Source: the human T2T-CHM13v2.0 reference genome, Homo sapiens. Taken from it: DNA of 64,000 bases. The notes under the pieces were generated by a model that did not search any database, was not told the origin of the DNA, and saw nothing but the letters and a program-made list of their open reading frames with translations. The stretch is from the NCBI RefSeq assembly GCF_009914755.1, contig NC_060933.1. One strand, given 5' to 3'. The position numbers and the translations under genes are program-made. Shown here one piece after another: positions 41,998 through 62,580 of this stretch. Each line of letters starts with the position of its first letter. The stretch's first letter is position 1.

Positions 41998-42564
41998 AGT
42001 AATGTGTGACGTATTCCAACTTACTATTATTTGTCCAACTGTATAAAACTGTAAATTACATGTACCAAAGTCAGAGGGCCCACAGATTTAATTCAAGAAC
42101 TGACTCTCCAATACAACCACAATGAAAAGCATTTATTTATAGTGTAGATCCAATATTTTCTTTTCCATTTTATGAATTACTTAACTTTGATGAATCTCAA
42201 TTTAGATGAGAACAATAAAAATATATATGCCAGCACTGGTGTAAAGATTACAAATGAGATAATACCTCTGACACATGATAAAAATTAAACAACCTTCTTT
42301 CAGACTACACAGTAAATGTGTTGAGATTGGCTTGAGGATGGATCAAAGTCTTCAGCAAATTATGGCTAATTCATTATTCTAATCTCTGTCAAATTAAGAA
42401 GGATTTTGAATGAACATCGATATTTATATAGAACTGTGTAACTCTTGATTTTGCTCTTTAATGTTCATAACCTCCCACCAGTTGTTTATTTAGGCACCTG
42501 TACTATTATTACAAAACTAAATAAAAGCAAATGTCCTAAGGTAGATAATTAAATCAAGTATCTA

Positions 42565-42815
42565 GATTGGGTTTGCAATCTTTAGCCCACAGGTCAAATT
42601 TAGCTTGCTGTCCACTTTATCAATAAAATTTTATTGGAATGCAGTCCACACTCATGTATGTAATACTGAGCATGACTGTATAGACAGATACTCATATATT
42701 ATCTATGGTGCTTCTGTGCTGCTGTGGCAAGTTGAATAATTGCAGTAGAGACCATATGGCCTACAAAGCCTAAAACATTTACTATCTATCCTTTTACAGA
42801 AAATGCTTGATGAGC
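42565..42815 (+). mobile_element. MER58A-like hAT-Charlie MITE
   Basis: aataaaattttattggaatgcag...gagaccatatggcctacaaagcctaaaacatttactatct. Confidence 0.75.
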
Positions 42816-43306
42816 TATTGCAATTCAGGAATTTACACAATTTGGGAAAACAAAGCCATACTATAATTAAGAATGGCTTTACTTTATAGAAGAAGACAAT
42901 TTTAAATGAGGGTATGATTTGGAATATAAATGCTGTACACTCAAGATGAATTCAGCCTCTTTTAACAAAACTTCTGAGATCAACTCTACTTTTAGTGTTT
43001 GTAAAAATAGACGATTTCTATTTGGATTATTCAGAATAAACTTGCTTCATTCAATTTAAAGGATTTCAGCATTCAGCCTGCTAAAACCATAGGGTGGTAA
43101 CCTAATGATTTCAGTCAGCATGATCAAACTGGGTTCAATTGCTGTATCTTCTCTATAAGTTACCTTAGCCATATGTTTGTCAGAGATCAATTAACTGGAC
43201 ACTAACAGTAGCTTCTTGGTAGAGTTTTCACATTTCTCCTAAGTTTACATTTAAAATGGTAGTTTATTGTAAGATATTTTTATTTAGAGGAATGATCATT
43301 TAGCCC

Positions 43307-43391
43307 TGTGTGTGTGTGTGTGTGTGTGTGTGCATGTGTGTGTGAGAGAGAGAGAGGGAGGGGTAGAGAGAGAGAGGGAGGGAGGCAGAGA
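43307..43391. repeat. Compound (TG)n(AG)n/GGGA microsatellite
   Basis: Directly visible. Confidence 0.93.
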
Positions 43392-46300
43392 CAAAAATAA
43401 AATATGCCATTCCATGTTATGTCCTGATTTCTCTTTCATTAGGTATTCAAGTACAGAAACACAAAGATTGAGCAATTATGACCATCTAGTTAAATGTGTT
43501 ACATATTAAGAGCTCTCAGCAAATGTTTGATGGTGGCAATACATCAAGTTTATTGTAGTTGATCTATGTGGCTAACTGATAGCAGTTACCTATCTTTCTC
43601 TATAAGAGAATTTTTAAAGGATTATCTACATTCCTAAACATAATACAGAGAGCAAAAAGGAAAAAGAAAAGTCATACATAATTCCACCACACAGAGGAAT
43701 GACTATTGTTAACATTTCTTTCTGAACAAGTTTGATATTCTCTGTGTCTCTGGGTTTCTCTCCATGTCTCTTAGCATCCATTACCCAAACCACTTTGTCT
43801 CTGCTTTTTTTTCAGTTATAAATGCCTAACTATACACTTACACACGATTATTTTTAGTATTCTAACATAGATGTTATAATTTTTTAAATTCCTCATGGCT
43901 ATTTACACACATTATACATTGTTCTAATTATTTGCAAGTGTAAGTAAAGCTGGAATATCTCCCAAAGACTCCTTTGTTCATATCTCTGACTGCCTTGGTA
44001 GGATAAATTCCTCGAGTAAAAATACTAGGTTAAGGTATATTTATTTATTTTCTTACTTGCAGCTTCTGTAATCACCACCACTCTTCTTTTTTCTCTTTGA
44101 ATATAACCTTTGAATATTGAAAACATGTCAAAAGAGCAATATTTGGGACACCAGAAAGACTGGGCAAACTTCTCACTCTCATTCCTAACTCAGAAATCCA
44201 TAGATCAGAGTTCACACAAAAATATGCTTGAAAATCTTTGCATATCTGTACTGCGCCTAAAAAGTATTTATTCAAACATATAGAACTTTAGTGGCATAGA
44301 AATCTGGAGTGTATATTGTTATTTCACGTTTATTTCTTTGTGTACGTGAGAAGAGTAATAGCAATATGCAAATACTTACATTATGTCTAAAATAATGGGA
44401 GCAGATCTACTGAAGGAATTAAAATTACCAGAGAAACGGATTATCATGGCTTCCTAAAGGTTATTATGTTGAAGAGGAAACAAAATAAATCATAAATATT
44501 ACTTTACAAAGAATGAATATTTTTAGCTTGACTTAACTGAAATGGCCTTATGTTTCCTTTAAAGTATTTGTTCTCAGATTTATAGCGTTAGTTCTAAAAT
44601 ATTTTAAGTACATCTTTAAGGCAAGAATGGTGCTGATTTTGCACAGGAAGCAAATAAAATTTCTTAATTTCATTTTAAAATAAGGTATTGTATTATATAT
44701 TTAGTGTAGCAGCTAAGACCCTGATTGCTTTATCTAGAAAATAGATGCAGTTGTATATTCTGTAAAACAGATAATAAAATTGCCTACTGTCTAAAACAAG
44801 TAATTTTTTCTTAACCAGGCTGCCTTAGCTCATATACTTACAGGTATTATATGAAAGTTCAGATTAATATTTATTCAAAAATTAAATAAAGGGGAAAATG
44901 TGTATAATATTTATTCACTGAAAATAAAACATCAGCTTGGTTATCTAACTACCTTCGGTGTAGAAAATGCGACCAATAAAATATTAAAAATGATCATCAC
45001 TTGTTTTCATAAAAATCATGACTTGTACTAAAAATTGAGGTGAATTATACTTTTGATCATCCAAAAAATGGTGATGCTGCCCCTTTTTGGCCTCACTGAC
45101 ATTTACTATCTCTCTTTTTTACTCCAATTGTTGCCCCATTCTTCCCTTGGGGAATGTTACCATGATATAAAAACAGGGTACAGCCTGCCGAATATTTCTA
45201 GTGGAATCAGGAAGATTATACACAGAACATAAAGAATGACATTGTCAAGGATTTGCGTCTGAGTCCAAAGAGGGGCCAGACTCACTAGTCATTAGACCTG
45301 GATGGTCTCTGAAAAGCAGCAGATACAATATGGGAATAAGAAATACTTAAATTTTTCTTAAACAATCTTTTTTTTTGCTACTGTGTGTTTCTACGCATTT
45401 AGCCCCACAACCTCCAAAACAACTGCTATGTTCAATGAGTAAATATGGTAGTTTTGGTTCATATTTGTCCTAGAGATTTGAGAAATGAAGAATGTATTGA
45501 TTTTTGGATACTTGTGTCCAAACCTTCTTATGACTGACGATGGGGTGATTAAGTTATACAGTCTTCCATGGTCCTGAATTACAATAATTTCCTTAAAATA
45601 TGTGTAAGTTAAATACAGGTAGAAGAATAATATGTCTATTAATAGGTCTCAAAGACTAATGCTAATCTGTGACAAATTTTTCACTGTGCTTTGGTGAAAT
45701 AAGAAAATATAAACATTGAAAAATATATAAATCCATATAGACATATGAAAACAGAGAAAGACACACACACACACAGAGACAGAGACAGAGTGTGAGAATG
45801 CCAGATGTCTTTTCTAGAAAGATTATGCAATTTTTAAAAATGCAAATCTTCTAATGTAGAAATGTCTCTTGTTCATAAATTGTATTTGGCAAAAAAGGCC
45901 AATTTCAGTGTTTGTTTCTCAGCTGAATAAGAAATTGACATTTTATATCAGTATCTCAATATTTTTATTCATCTTCTATGAATCCCAAGCAAATTGGAGA
46001 AGAGGGGACCTTTGTCTAACGTCTGACCCACCATTAATCTATACCTCCAGAGTAAGGAAAATGTGCTTTGTGATTTAGTTAGTCACTGATTCTACAAACC
46101 AGCAAATATATTTATAGAGGTCTTCCAGCTCTTTGAGAGAATTTTTTATGTTTTTATATTGACAATTTAAAAAGTAATATACATGCCACCTAGATTATCT
46201 CAATAATCATCAAGTACTGGTAAGAAATTTTAATAACTCTATGTCTTTATCTACAATTACATTGATGCCAAGTTATACAATTATACTTGCTATGGGCTAA

Positions 46301-48418
46301 TCAAAAGAAGAGAGAATGAATTAATGAACACATAGCAAATAGTACAAACAGATATTATAGAAGTTCACATTCAGGAAAGTGATGGGAGATATGATTCCAC
46401 AATCATAAATAATACTATTGAACACTATTGTTATAACCAAACCCAAGAGCCTATGATGCAGAAGCACAGTTGCCCATATTGTGGGCATTAACTTAATTTC
46501 TAGAAAACTAAATTATTTATTAAGTAATTTAATAATATTTTAAATTTAAATTTCCATTGGTTTGCAGTTTGGCTTATATTTAATGTATAAGTTAAATTTG
46601 AAGCTCAGCAGTAAAACTTTATGTCCAGGTCATGTCTGTGCATATTTAAGTGTTATTTAAATAAAAACAATTTAGGTTTCATGATTTCACAAAATGCTTT
46701 TTTTCTTTTAAAAGATGTTTACTCAAATTAATCTGTCAATTATAAGTTCAACATAAATATAAATTACCTTAAGAGTACTAAAATATTAATCTTCTGTTAG
46801 TCTAAAATAACATCATAAAATTATTTTATTACATTACTTTTTCAATAGAGAGTTCTGGGAATTCAAGAGTTTTGATTAGGAGATACAGAGAAAAAGTATA
46901 ATTTTGAATTTTTCTATTAATAGACTTGGGTGAGACTCTAGGACAAATGGCTCTGACAAAGGAAGAGGTAATCTGAGGATAGCAAGTCTGTCTCTTTAGA
47001 GTAAGGAACACCTACAGTAATATGAAAGAACATGAATTATATATATTAGTATCTCTGTAGTTATCAACTAAAACAAAGTTTATAATCTTGTTATATCCTT
47101 CCCTGAGGAGTTCTATAACATGTCCAAAAGAGCAAAGAACTCAAAAGATGAAAATAAGGAAGAACAAATCAGGATATTAGAATGACAGAGAAGTCCTCTA
47201 TGACATTAGATGTAACAGGCTGCGTTGCCCAAGTCTGAGTTTTTCCACACTCTCACAGCATGTTCAAGTCATTTTATTCATTTTATAAGGGTCCATTTTA
47301 CGTAGAGTAGAATGGTATGGCTACCATGCCTTCTTTCTGGCTCACGTTGTTGCATGCAATGACAAAAACTACATTTCAGATACAGTTTTCAAATAAACAA
47401 TAAAATGTTGCTCTCCTCAAAAAAATGTTTTTCTGTATTGCTACATAAGTAAAGATTTAGAAACATATCAAATGCAGATTTGATTAATTAAGAATTAGGA
47501 AATTCTGCTCAAAGACCCCAGATGAAAAATAGTAATAACTGACTGTTGAGAACCTCAAAGAATTAATAAATACAAGAGATTATTATTTAGGTTATAAGAA
47601 ATAACGGGGAATCAAAAAGAATTTGGCTGTGGATATAAAGAAGCAATTAACACAGATGGGCAACAAAATGCCAGTAGTTATATGAAGAGGTACTTCTTTC
47701 ACTGGTTATCAGAAAAGTCACAAATAAAGCAACAATAGGTTATCTTTTTTGCCCATCTTTGTGAAGAAGTCTCAAAGGCTACAGCCCTTACTTCCAAATT
47801 CTCAGAGATATCTATGTGGCTAGTCTCATTTGCAGAACAAGTATGATGCCCCCCACCCAGTTGTCAGAGATTCTTATTGTTGCAGTCTTCAAATTCAAAG
47901 GCATTCATAACTTCCACTTATCCTATATAATCAAGACAATTCCTTAAAAGTATGTCTTCTCATGTTATATTTTCTGTAAATCTTTCTGTGACATTTCATG
48001 AGTTTGCATTTATGTACACCTCACTTGAATTATATTTATACTATCAAAAGTAAATACCACTCTTAACATATTTCCCCTTTACCTAGATACTGCCCACATC
48101 AGTCTGTATCACTGAATACTCATTTTCAATTTAATGCTCATAAATTATCCTATTGTGTGGACAGGTCATAATTTTGAAAAAAAATCCATATTTTAGACAC
48201 TGATTTTATTTCCATTTTTGCCAATATGAATTATACAGCAATGACATCTTGTTACTAAATTTTTCTAGTACAAATTATTAGCAATAAAATTGTATGGCCA
48301 AAGTGAGCGCATTATAATATTCTTGATGCAAATTTCCAAATTATTATTTTTAAAGCTTGTAGTAACTTAGACTTCCAGGGTATGAAAATATTCATTTCTC
48401 ACCATGTCAAAAGCTGGG

Positions 48419-48834
48419 TATTATTAGTTGGATCTTGTCCACCCACAAAATTAATATGTTAAAGCACTAACCCCCCAGTACTCCTAATGTGACCATATTT
48501 GGAGATAGAATCTTTAAAGAGGTATTTAAGTTAAAATGAGGCATTAGGATGGACTCTAATTCAATATGATAGGTGTCTTTATAAGATTAGAAAATTTGGA
48601 TACACACATGTATAGAGGGAAAATAATACAAAGACACAAGAAGAAGATAGCAATGTATAAGCCAAGGAGAAACAACTGGAACACAGCCTTCCCTCATGGC
48701 CCACAGAAGGAACCAGCCCTTCCAACATCTCAATCTCAAACTTTTAGCCTCCAGAATAGTGAGAAAAATGTTTCTGTTGTTTAGCTCATACAGTCTGTGG
48801 CAGATTGTTATGAAAGCCCAAGCAAACTAATACA
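48419..48834 (+). mobile_element. MaLR solo LTR, MLT1B-like, in an old antisense L1 fragment
   Basis: Perfect TSD ctggg (48414-48418, 48835-48839); aatgtgaccatatttggagatag...gcaaactaataca. Confidence 0.85.
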
Positions 48835-49191
48835 CTGGGTATAATATATATTTTCTTTTTTGCCAATTTTATTATGAAACATATGGCACTGGCTTTTAAA
48901 CATTTCTTGGATTAATAATGATGCTGATTATTTTCCTGTGATTGTTGTTCACTTTTCTGGCCATTATCTTTTTTCCATTGACTTCAAATTATGTCATCCT
49001 ATAATAATATCATATATAAATGTGTTTGCTTCATCTCTTTCTATTGTTTCATTAATATTTACCTACACCATGTTAAGAGATAACAATGATAAAGAAAATA
49101 GTAACAATTAGAGCTAAGAATTAGTGAGGTTTTTACTAAGTCACTTCCTTCAGTAATTTATATTAGTAACTCTTTTGATCCCCATAGCAAC

Positions 49192-49611
49192 TGATATGAT
49201 TTGGATGTTTGTCCCCTCCAAATCTCATGTTGAAACGTGATTCTCAATGTTGGAAGCTGGGTCTGGTGGGAGGTGATTGGATTATGGGGGTGGGTCCCTC
49301 GTGGATTGGTTACCACCATGCCCTTGGTGATAAGTGAGTTATTGCTCAGTTAGTTATTGTGTGATCTGGTTAAGATTCTGGGATACCCCCACACCCTTCT
49401 ATCTATCTTGCTTCTGCATTGCCATGTGACATGCTTGCCCCCCACCCCTTTACCTCTGCCATGACTGGAAGCTTCCTAAGGCCCTCACCAAGAGCAGATG
49501 CTACAGCCACCCTTATACAGCCTGCAGAACCGTGAACCAATGAAACCTTTTTTCTTTGTAAATTACCTGCCTTAAGGTATTCCGTTATAGCATTGCAAAC
49601 AGACTGATACA
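49192..49611 (+). mobile_element. MaLR solo LTR, MSTB-like, inserted in an antisense MIR (~49100-49730)
   Basis: tgatatgatttggatgtttgtcccctccaaatctcatgttgaaa...agactgataca; TSD gcaac / gcagc. Confidence 0.88.
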
Positions 49612-51299
49612 GCAGCTCTGTGAAATAAGTAATACTTTTATCTGCATTTTTCTAATGAGACAACTGAGACACAGAGAAAAGATTACCAAGCCAGGATATA
49701 CATCCATGCAGTAGGACTCCTAAATACTAAATATTCACCTAAAATAACAATAGTGACAACAACAACCAACATTTATTAAGCTTTCAATATGTCTAACAGA
49801 TTTTGAAATATTTTACATGCATTGAGACTAATTTAACCCTTACAACATCTTTTAGAAATAAGCACTAATGTTATCTTCAATTTATTGATTTAAAAAATTT
49901 CCAAAACACAAAAATGTGAAGAATTATGCCTAGCACAACACATCGATATTTCATAGCAAACCTATTAAAAAACATTGGCAATCTCCTCCTCATTATGTTA
50001 CATGAACAACTTTAATTATAGCTTTGAACTAGGGCAAAGACCCTGTCCTTAATATTTTCCAAATTATCTTCATTATTCTAATATTTTTATTCCTATGTAT
50101 GAATTTACAAATCACTTGAAATACATTTTTGAGCCTACAGATTTAGTTGGAATTCATGAGATATTTTATTCAGTTCACATTAAGTTTTTTATAATCAGAA
50201 ATATTATGGAAACGAAGTATTAGTTACTAAGGTAGTCACTGTGCATTTTTATATTAAAAGCAATAATGGTAAAGAAATACCTATGTTTTCTTTTTCTGGA
50301 GATCATCAGCAGAGCATCATCTCAGTGTTGGCCAAGGTGGTAATCACAGTCATCCTGAGTCTAAGTTTGAACTGTATAAGGTTGCAATTTGACAAGTTTT
50401 AACCCACAGAATGGCACCTTCTTATGTTTCAACCTGATACGCTGAATAGGAATTATGCAAGTTGTGGAATACATCCATAGATTTAGATGTGCTATTTGCA
50501 ACTCTATCTAAAGCGGAGATTAATTATCCCTTACTATATTTCACGACATTTCTCTAACAATTGATTCAACTTCAGTATGTGTAGTTACGATGCTTTTAGC
50601 CAATGAACGCTCTCAAATTAACTAAACGTGTTTCTGGGAATATAAAATATATAACCATCAGCATTTTACGACCTATAAAAGAAAACACCAACTGCACTCA
50701 TGAGAACTTCACTAACCATGAAGAGTTAGGTTTAATAAAGGTGTTCAGGGGTAGAATTTATGTAAGAATTTGCACGAAGCCTGACAATGGATCCCAGAGA
50801 CCTCTTAAAAGTGTGTTGTATAACTTACGTTTCTTTTTGAAAAAGAAAGTATTCAACTTAAAAAAAAAACCCAGAGACTATTAAGAAGAGTAATAGGCAA
50901 TTGTAGTTATATTTCACATAGCTTCTATAACTATCTAACACATGATATACATTTCTTTTAATTAAAACATGGTAGAATGAAGGACTTTGGTAATCTGTCT
51001 CATAATGCTTATAAGCTTAGCAGCAATAAACTTTGCTAAATACTAAGTTTGAGAAAATGCCGTGCAGGCAGATGATAACTATGAGCCTCAAGTCTCTCCC
51101 AGAGCTGCAAACAATACCATCTGCTACTCTGCTGATTTCTTTTTTGCTCATTGGTATCAAATGTAATGGGGATCACGCTTTAAATTCTAATTTCACACCC
51201 TGGCCACAATCGTGGGGGTTGTCTTCTTCTTCAATGTAAACTTGTTCAAGCGAATAAGGGATTTTTATTTTCCTTTGAAAAAAAAAAAAAAACTAGTTA

Positions 51300-57322
<6,023 letters not shown>

Positions 57323-59954
57323 GTCCATCTAGAGTTTCACACAGTACGAGGAACAACTTCAAAAAAGTAAGATACGATGTGGATTTTAGTCATGAATCAT
57401 TTTTTAGCTGCTGAACACTTATGCTTAAGGGGTTTCTTTTACTTAGGCACAGACATGCTCATTAAGATTAACTTTCTCAGATAAAATTGAGAAATATCTT
57501 ACTTCAAAGCCTACTTCAATTTTTCTAGAAAATATAAAAAAGTTTTCACAGCAGTAAGTAGAAGCAAAATTGGCTTTACTTTCTTGCCAATTTTTCACAT
57601 TTTGAAAAATGAAAGTTGAAAGAAAACCTGCTATTAAATCAGAGATGAGGAGATAATGTAGAAATATGTTTATTTGAATTGAGAAAGTTTAAGAAGGTGA
57701 TTTTCATGTAGTTTGAAACTTGATATGGAATGAAAGAAAGATAAAATGTGTGGTGGTCAACATTGTTCTAGTAATTAGAAGTCGGTGGTATCCTTGGAGC
57801 TCTGCTAATAACTGTCTATTCTTGGGAAAGAACCCTTAACATCTTCAAGTTGCTTCTTTTTCCACAAAAATGAATTTTATAAGATAATGACTAAAAATAT
57901 CATCTACTTCTAAAATACTGTTTCTTGAAAATATGTGGAATATGAATATTGTAGCCCTATCATCTGTGTGAATAGACCTTTTTTAGATGATCAGAGATTT
58001 TTCAATTATTAAATTATTTTATCAGAGTTTGTACAAGCAGTGCATTATACATTTAAGGGCTAGTTTTGGATCAATGAACATCAGGATATAAGTTGTCAGC
58101 AAACCACCTTTTTATTTTTTTTAAACAAAACGTGTAAGAACATGAAGTGTTAGTCTGAAAGAACTTTAACATGTTAATTGCAAAAAAAGATCACATATCT
58201 ATATCACCACTTTGACAAAATGCTGTTTCTTAAATGAATAAAATAATCGTCAAACGGATTAGTTTTGTTATATGAATTATCTCTGTAATTATACAGACTG
58301 TAGTGATCTGATTTTCATGACGAATATTTTCATGAATATTTTAGGCGTATGTTTTGACAATTGATAGAGTTTATATTATTTGTATTTATTGCAATCCATT
58401 TGTCTAAGAATACCAGTAAAATTTTGCATAAATATTTTATATTAGCAATCGAGTAACCTTGAAACCCACTAGCCTGGCAATCTTATTTATAAACAGAAAG
58501 ACCTTCTGTCTTTAACGGAATTCTACACTAGACATACTCCCAACTGGAAAAAAATAAACTTGACTGCGTGTACAGGATGATAAAAACCTATTTGTTTTTC
58601 ATTAAGCTATTATGATAGTAAACTGGGGTGGTTAAAAGTTAAGTACTTTTCCCATGAAGTCATACAATCTACCCTGATACCAACAGTGTTTGAGCACTCA
58701 AGTTCACAAAATAGCAATACAATCCTTGATTTTGTTCAGATGTTAACTACATTTTCTATATCATGATGCTTGATGCCCAGTATATGTGAATAAGAGAAGC
58801 ACTGTCTTCCCAAACAAGATTTTATTTTCAAGATCTTCTATTTCTTGAGACTATTTTAAAACATTATCTGGCAATATGTTTCTGAGATATTACCATTTTG
58901 AACTTTCACAGTATGTTGTTATTCTAACACAAGTGTAAAATCCTTTCACCACAACAAGAGTAAACATGTTTAATTGATGCAAAATATCAAGTAGCATTCA
59001 GTCACATTTTTCCTAAAATTATTTCCACAGTAGATATTTTATGCAGGATATTTTAAAAATTAAAGAAGACACATACAGCTAGCTCACAACTTGCCAGCCA
59101 CTAAAATAAAATAAGATCCTGATATTTAAAGAGAGCCATGATATTTCTGGGGGCTCACTTTATGTTTAACTAAGCATGGAAAAAGTTTTTTAAATGTGTT
59201 TAAAGTATCAGTTTATTATGGATTTGATATTTTTATTGTTCAGTTGCTTTGTACAAAAGAGGCAATATTCTTTTGTGATATCGGGATCATTGTGTAGTTA
59301 AACTATCAGTGTTGACCTGTGTGAAAGATTTCCTAACAAATATTCCAACTGTTTGCTAGTACATTTCAATTTCCTTTGTCATTATTAATTTACCCTACAC
59401 TTGAGAATATTTATTGAGAAAAATTTTTGACATTAACACCTCATCAATGTTAATTTGATGGCTGTTATCTCTTACTCAACTGTAGCAGATAACTTTGGGT
59501 ATTTGTTCATGCCAGGAAACTCTATCTCATTGTCACTTGTCCTCAAAATCTGGATCTCTACCAAGTTTTCTCTACATTTCTCAACTCCATTAACCAATAG
59601 AAGTTTAGATGAAGAAAGGATAGTCCAATGAGCTGGGTCAATCAGACACTCTGAAAGAAATTTGAAATTAAATTGGAAACAGTAGATATAAAGACTCGTA
59701 CATGTTAAGAAGCCAGTTTTGTGAATAGAGAAACTAAGATAATCTGTCCATTAAAAAAAGAATCAGATGTGAGAGAGACCCTGTGGGCACCCAAAAGAGG
59801 ACCTGCCTTAGTTTCTAACTAATTTTTTTTTTTTTGGCTCCACTCCTGTGTGTCTTGACTCTGCTCCTAATTGTTATTATGAGCTAAACATGTAGCTTTA
59901 TAAGATATTATATGGTCCAAAGCTAGTTTTCATAAAAAATAAAAATGAATAAAA

Positions 59955-60120
59955 GATGTACTGCTTACTAGTTACCAGGTATTTTTCGAAGAGCTTCATA
60001 TGTATTAACTCATTTAAACTTTGCAACCCCTATGAAGTATTATTTATTATTATCCCCATTTCATAGATGAGAAGACTGAGGCCTAAAGAGGTCATATAAC
60101 TTACTAATACCTTATGCCTC
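59955..60120 (-). mobile_element. MIR
   Basis: ttattatccccatttcatagatgagaagactgaggcc core. Confidence 0.75.
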
Positions 60121-60399
60121 TTTCGTATATGGCAACTGAACAAAAATTATCTAAAGTATAATAAAGTGTTTGAAAACATTAAAAACTTTTCTCCATGCTC
60201 AATTAAACACAGACTTTCTATACTTATGGCTAGAAAGCCTGAAGTAGGTTTCTTGAAACTAAAAAATAAAACAAGCAAAGGAAATAGAACCATTCTTAAT
60301 GAAGAAACCTAGCGAATATAATTATTTGAAGCTAATGGCACTTTGGCCTATACCAAATCCAGAAACCAAGACACGTCCTTTGCAAATTCTCACTTTAAA

Positions 60400-60640
60400 C
60401 CAAGCATTCTCAAAGAAGGTGGGTGATACTGCTGCCACTGAGAAGACAATTGGTTCCTGCGGATGAAAAAAGTCCTACCTTTGTCTATATGAAACATGAA
60501 TATCCACACAGTACATAAATACATGTACAGTGTATCTATGGTATCAAAATTTCATGAGAGTATCAACTAGAAAAAAAGTCTTAAAAGGCTATTAGGGGAT
60601 GGTGATAAAGAAAAGGGAAAAAATAATTGAGAAATTCTGC
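60400..60640. mobile_element. hAT-Charlie MITE, MER112-like
   Basis: Degenerate TIRs (aagcattctcaa / ttgagaaattctg) and acagtacataaatacatgtacagtgtatctatggtatcaaaatttcatg. Confidence 0.5.
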
Positions 60641-61254
60641 TATAAACAAACCAAGATTACTCCTACATGTATTGACTTCAGCTTCTATCATGCTACAAAC
60701 TGTTTTTTCTTTACAAAAAAAAAGTCCCTAAGAATTGATAATCAGGATTTGAGAACAGCTTTCTATCTATTCTTCTCAAGTTCAAAAAAATTATTCAAGC
60801 TGTTTTCTGAATTAAAGAGCTGCAAAAGATATTTATGTTTCCTGTCATTAAAAAGCATTTTAAAAATACTTTTTTGCACCGTCATTTGACCAAAAATAGC
60901 TTTTCTTTTAGAAGATAAAACTTGTCACTGGCTCATTTGTCCATGGAAACAGCTGTTCATTACATGTTTGAACATATTTGCTTAAGAAATGCAAAATTAT
61001 TAACATTTTAATCCTCTAACCTTTTAAGGCAAGCCAGCTGGGATTATTCACAGATAGACCATAGCCTTTGGTTTCAGCTTTGTGGAAACTTCTTCCCTTG
61101 ATTTCTCAGAGAATATTAACTGAACAATTTGATTTTCTTGATAGCAACTATTCCATCAGCAAATCATTCTCAACTATTGGTCCCAAGAACCAGTGAAAAT
61201 ATACAAAATGCATTTGCATAGTTTTGCTAATAGTGAGAAATTTTTATTTTATTT

Positions 61255-61730
61255 AAAAATAGCTTATTCTAGTACTTACTATGTGCTATAGTACTAGGTC
61301 CTGTTTTAAGCAGTTTAAAATATTAACTAGTTTAATCCTCATGAAGTAGGTACAATAATTACCCTTGCCATTTTTACAGTTTAAGTAATTGGACCAAAGA
61401 GATGTTAAGCAAACTGCCAAGGGCCACAAATCTGATAAGTGCCAATGCCAGGATTCCAACAAAGACCATCTGCCTTCAAACTCTGTGTCTGTTCCATTAA
61501 ACTATGGCATTCCAAGCACTGAATTAATAATATTACTTATAGTTTCTTATTTACCCTCACAGCAACCCTAAAAGGTGGCATGGTTCTTATCCAGGCTTTA
61601 ACAGATGAAGACCATAAAAAAGCAGAGTTTTAACACCTGGCCCAAATTCTCAAAATTGTAAAAAATGAACCTCAAATTTGAACCCAGGGAATTTCTTCTT
61701 CTGAAACCCTTATGCTGTACACCTATTGCT
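61255..61730 (-). mobile_element. Two adjacent MIR fragments
   Basis: tacttactatgtgc...tttaatcctca...gccaagggccaca and ccctcacagcaaccct...acagatgaag...tttgaacccagg. Confidence 0.65.
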
Positions 61731-61888
61731 TTCTTGAGTTTCATGGGAATATCTAACATTTGAGAATAATCCCTGCCCTGGCCTTTTTCGATAGTTTATT
61801 ATTTTATCTGTCTATCTATCTATCTATCTATTCTATCTAAATAGATTAAATAGATTAGATATATATTGTAGATATCTATCTAGATAAC

Positions 61889-62580
61889 AGATATCCTATC
61901 TATCTAGACAGATAATAGATATCCTATCTATCTAGACAGATAATAGATATCCTATCTATCTAGACAGATAATAGATATCCTATCTATCTAGACAGATAAT
62001 AGATATCCTATCTATCTAGACAGATAATAGATATCCTATCTATCTAGACAGATAATAGATATCCTATCTATCTAGACAGATAATAGATATCCTATCTATC
62101 TAGACAGATAATAGATATCCTATCTATCTAGACAGATAATAGATATCCTATCTATCTAGACAGATAATAGATATCCTATCTATCTAGACAGATAATAGAT
62201 ATCCTATCTATCTAGACAGATAATAGATATCCTATCTATCTAGACAGATAATAGATATCCTATCTATCTAGACAGATAATAGATATCCTATCTATCTAGA
62301 CAGATAATAGATATCCTATCTATCTAGACAGATAATAGATATCCTATCTATCTAGACAGATAATAGATATCCTATCTATCTAGACAGATAATAGATATCC
62401 TATCTATCTAGACAGATAATAGATATCCTATCTATCTAGACAGATAATAGATATCCTATCTATCTAGACAGATAATAGATATCCTATCTATCTAGACAGA
62501 TAATAGATATCCTATCTATCTAGACAGATAATAGATATCCTATCTATCTAGACAGATAATAGATATCCTATCTATCTAGA
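61889..62580. repeat. Perfect 28-bp tandem repeat (GATAATAGATATCCTATCTATCTAGACA), ~24.7 copies
   Basis: Exact 140-bp (5-unit) phase at 61911, 62051, 62191, 62331, 62471; variant units and TATC/GATA flanks extend the locus to 61805-62722. Confidence 0.98.

Noticed and set aside
45161-45308. Possible - strand exon (cttttcag|...atg|gtaaca)
   Set aside because: Stops in all three frames; such site pairs are common by chance
48414-48839. Same TSD (ctggg) as the MLT1 at 10241-10716, suggesting target preference
   Set aside because: Two cases only; other MaLR TSDs in the window differ (gtcct, gcaac)
61889-62580. CRISPR-like array
   Set aside because: Head-to-tail identical units with no unique spacers, in primate DNA, with no cas genes
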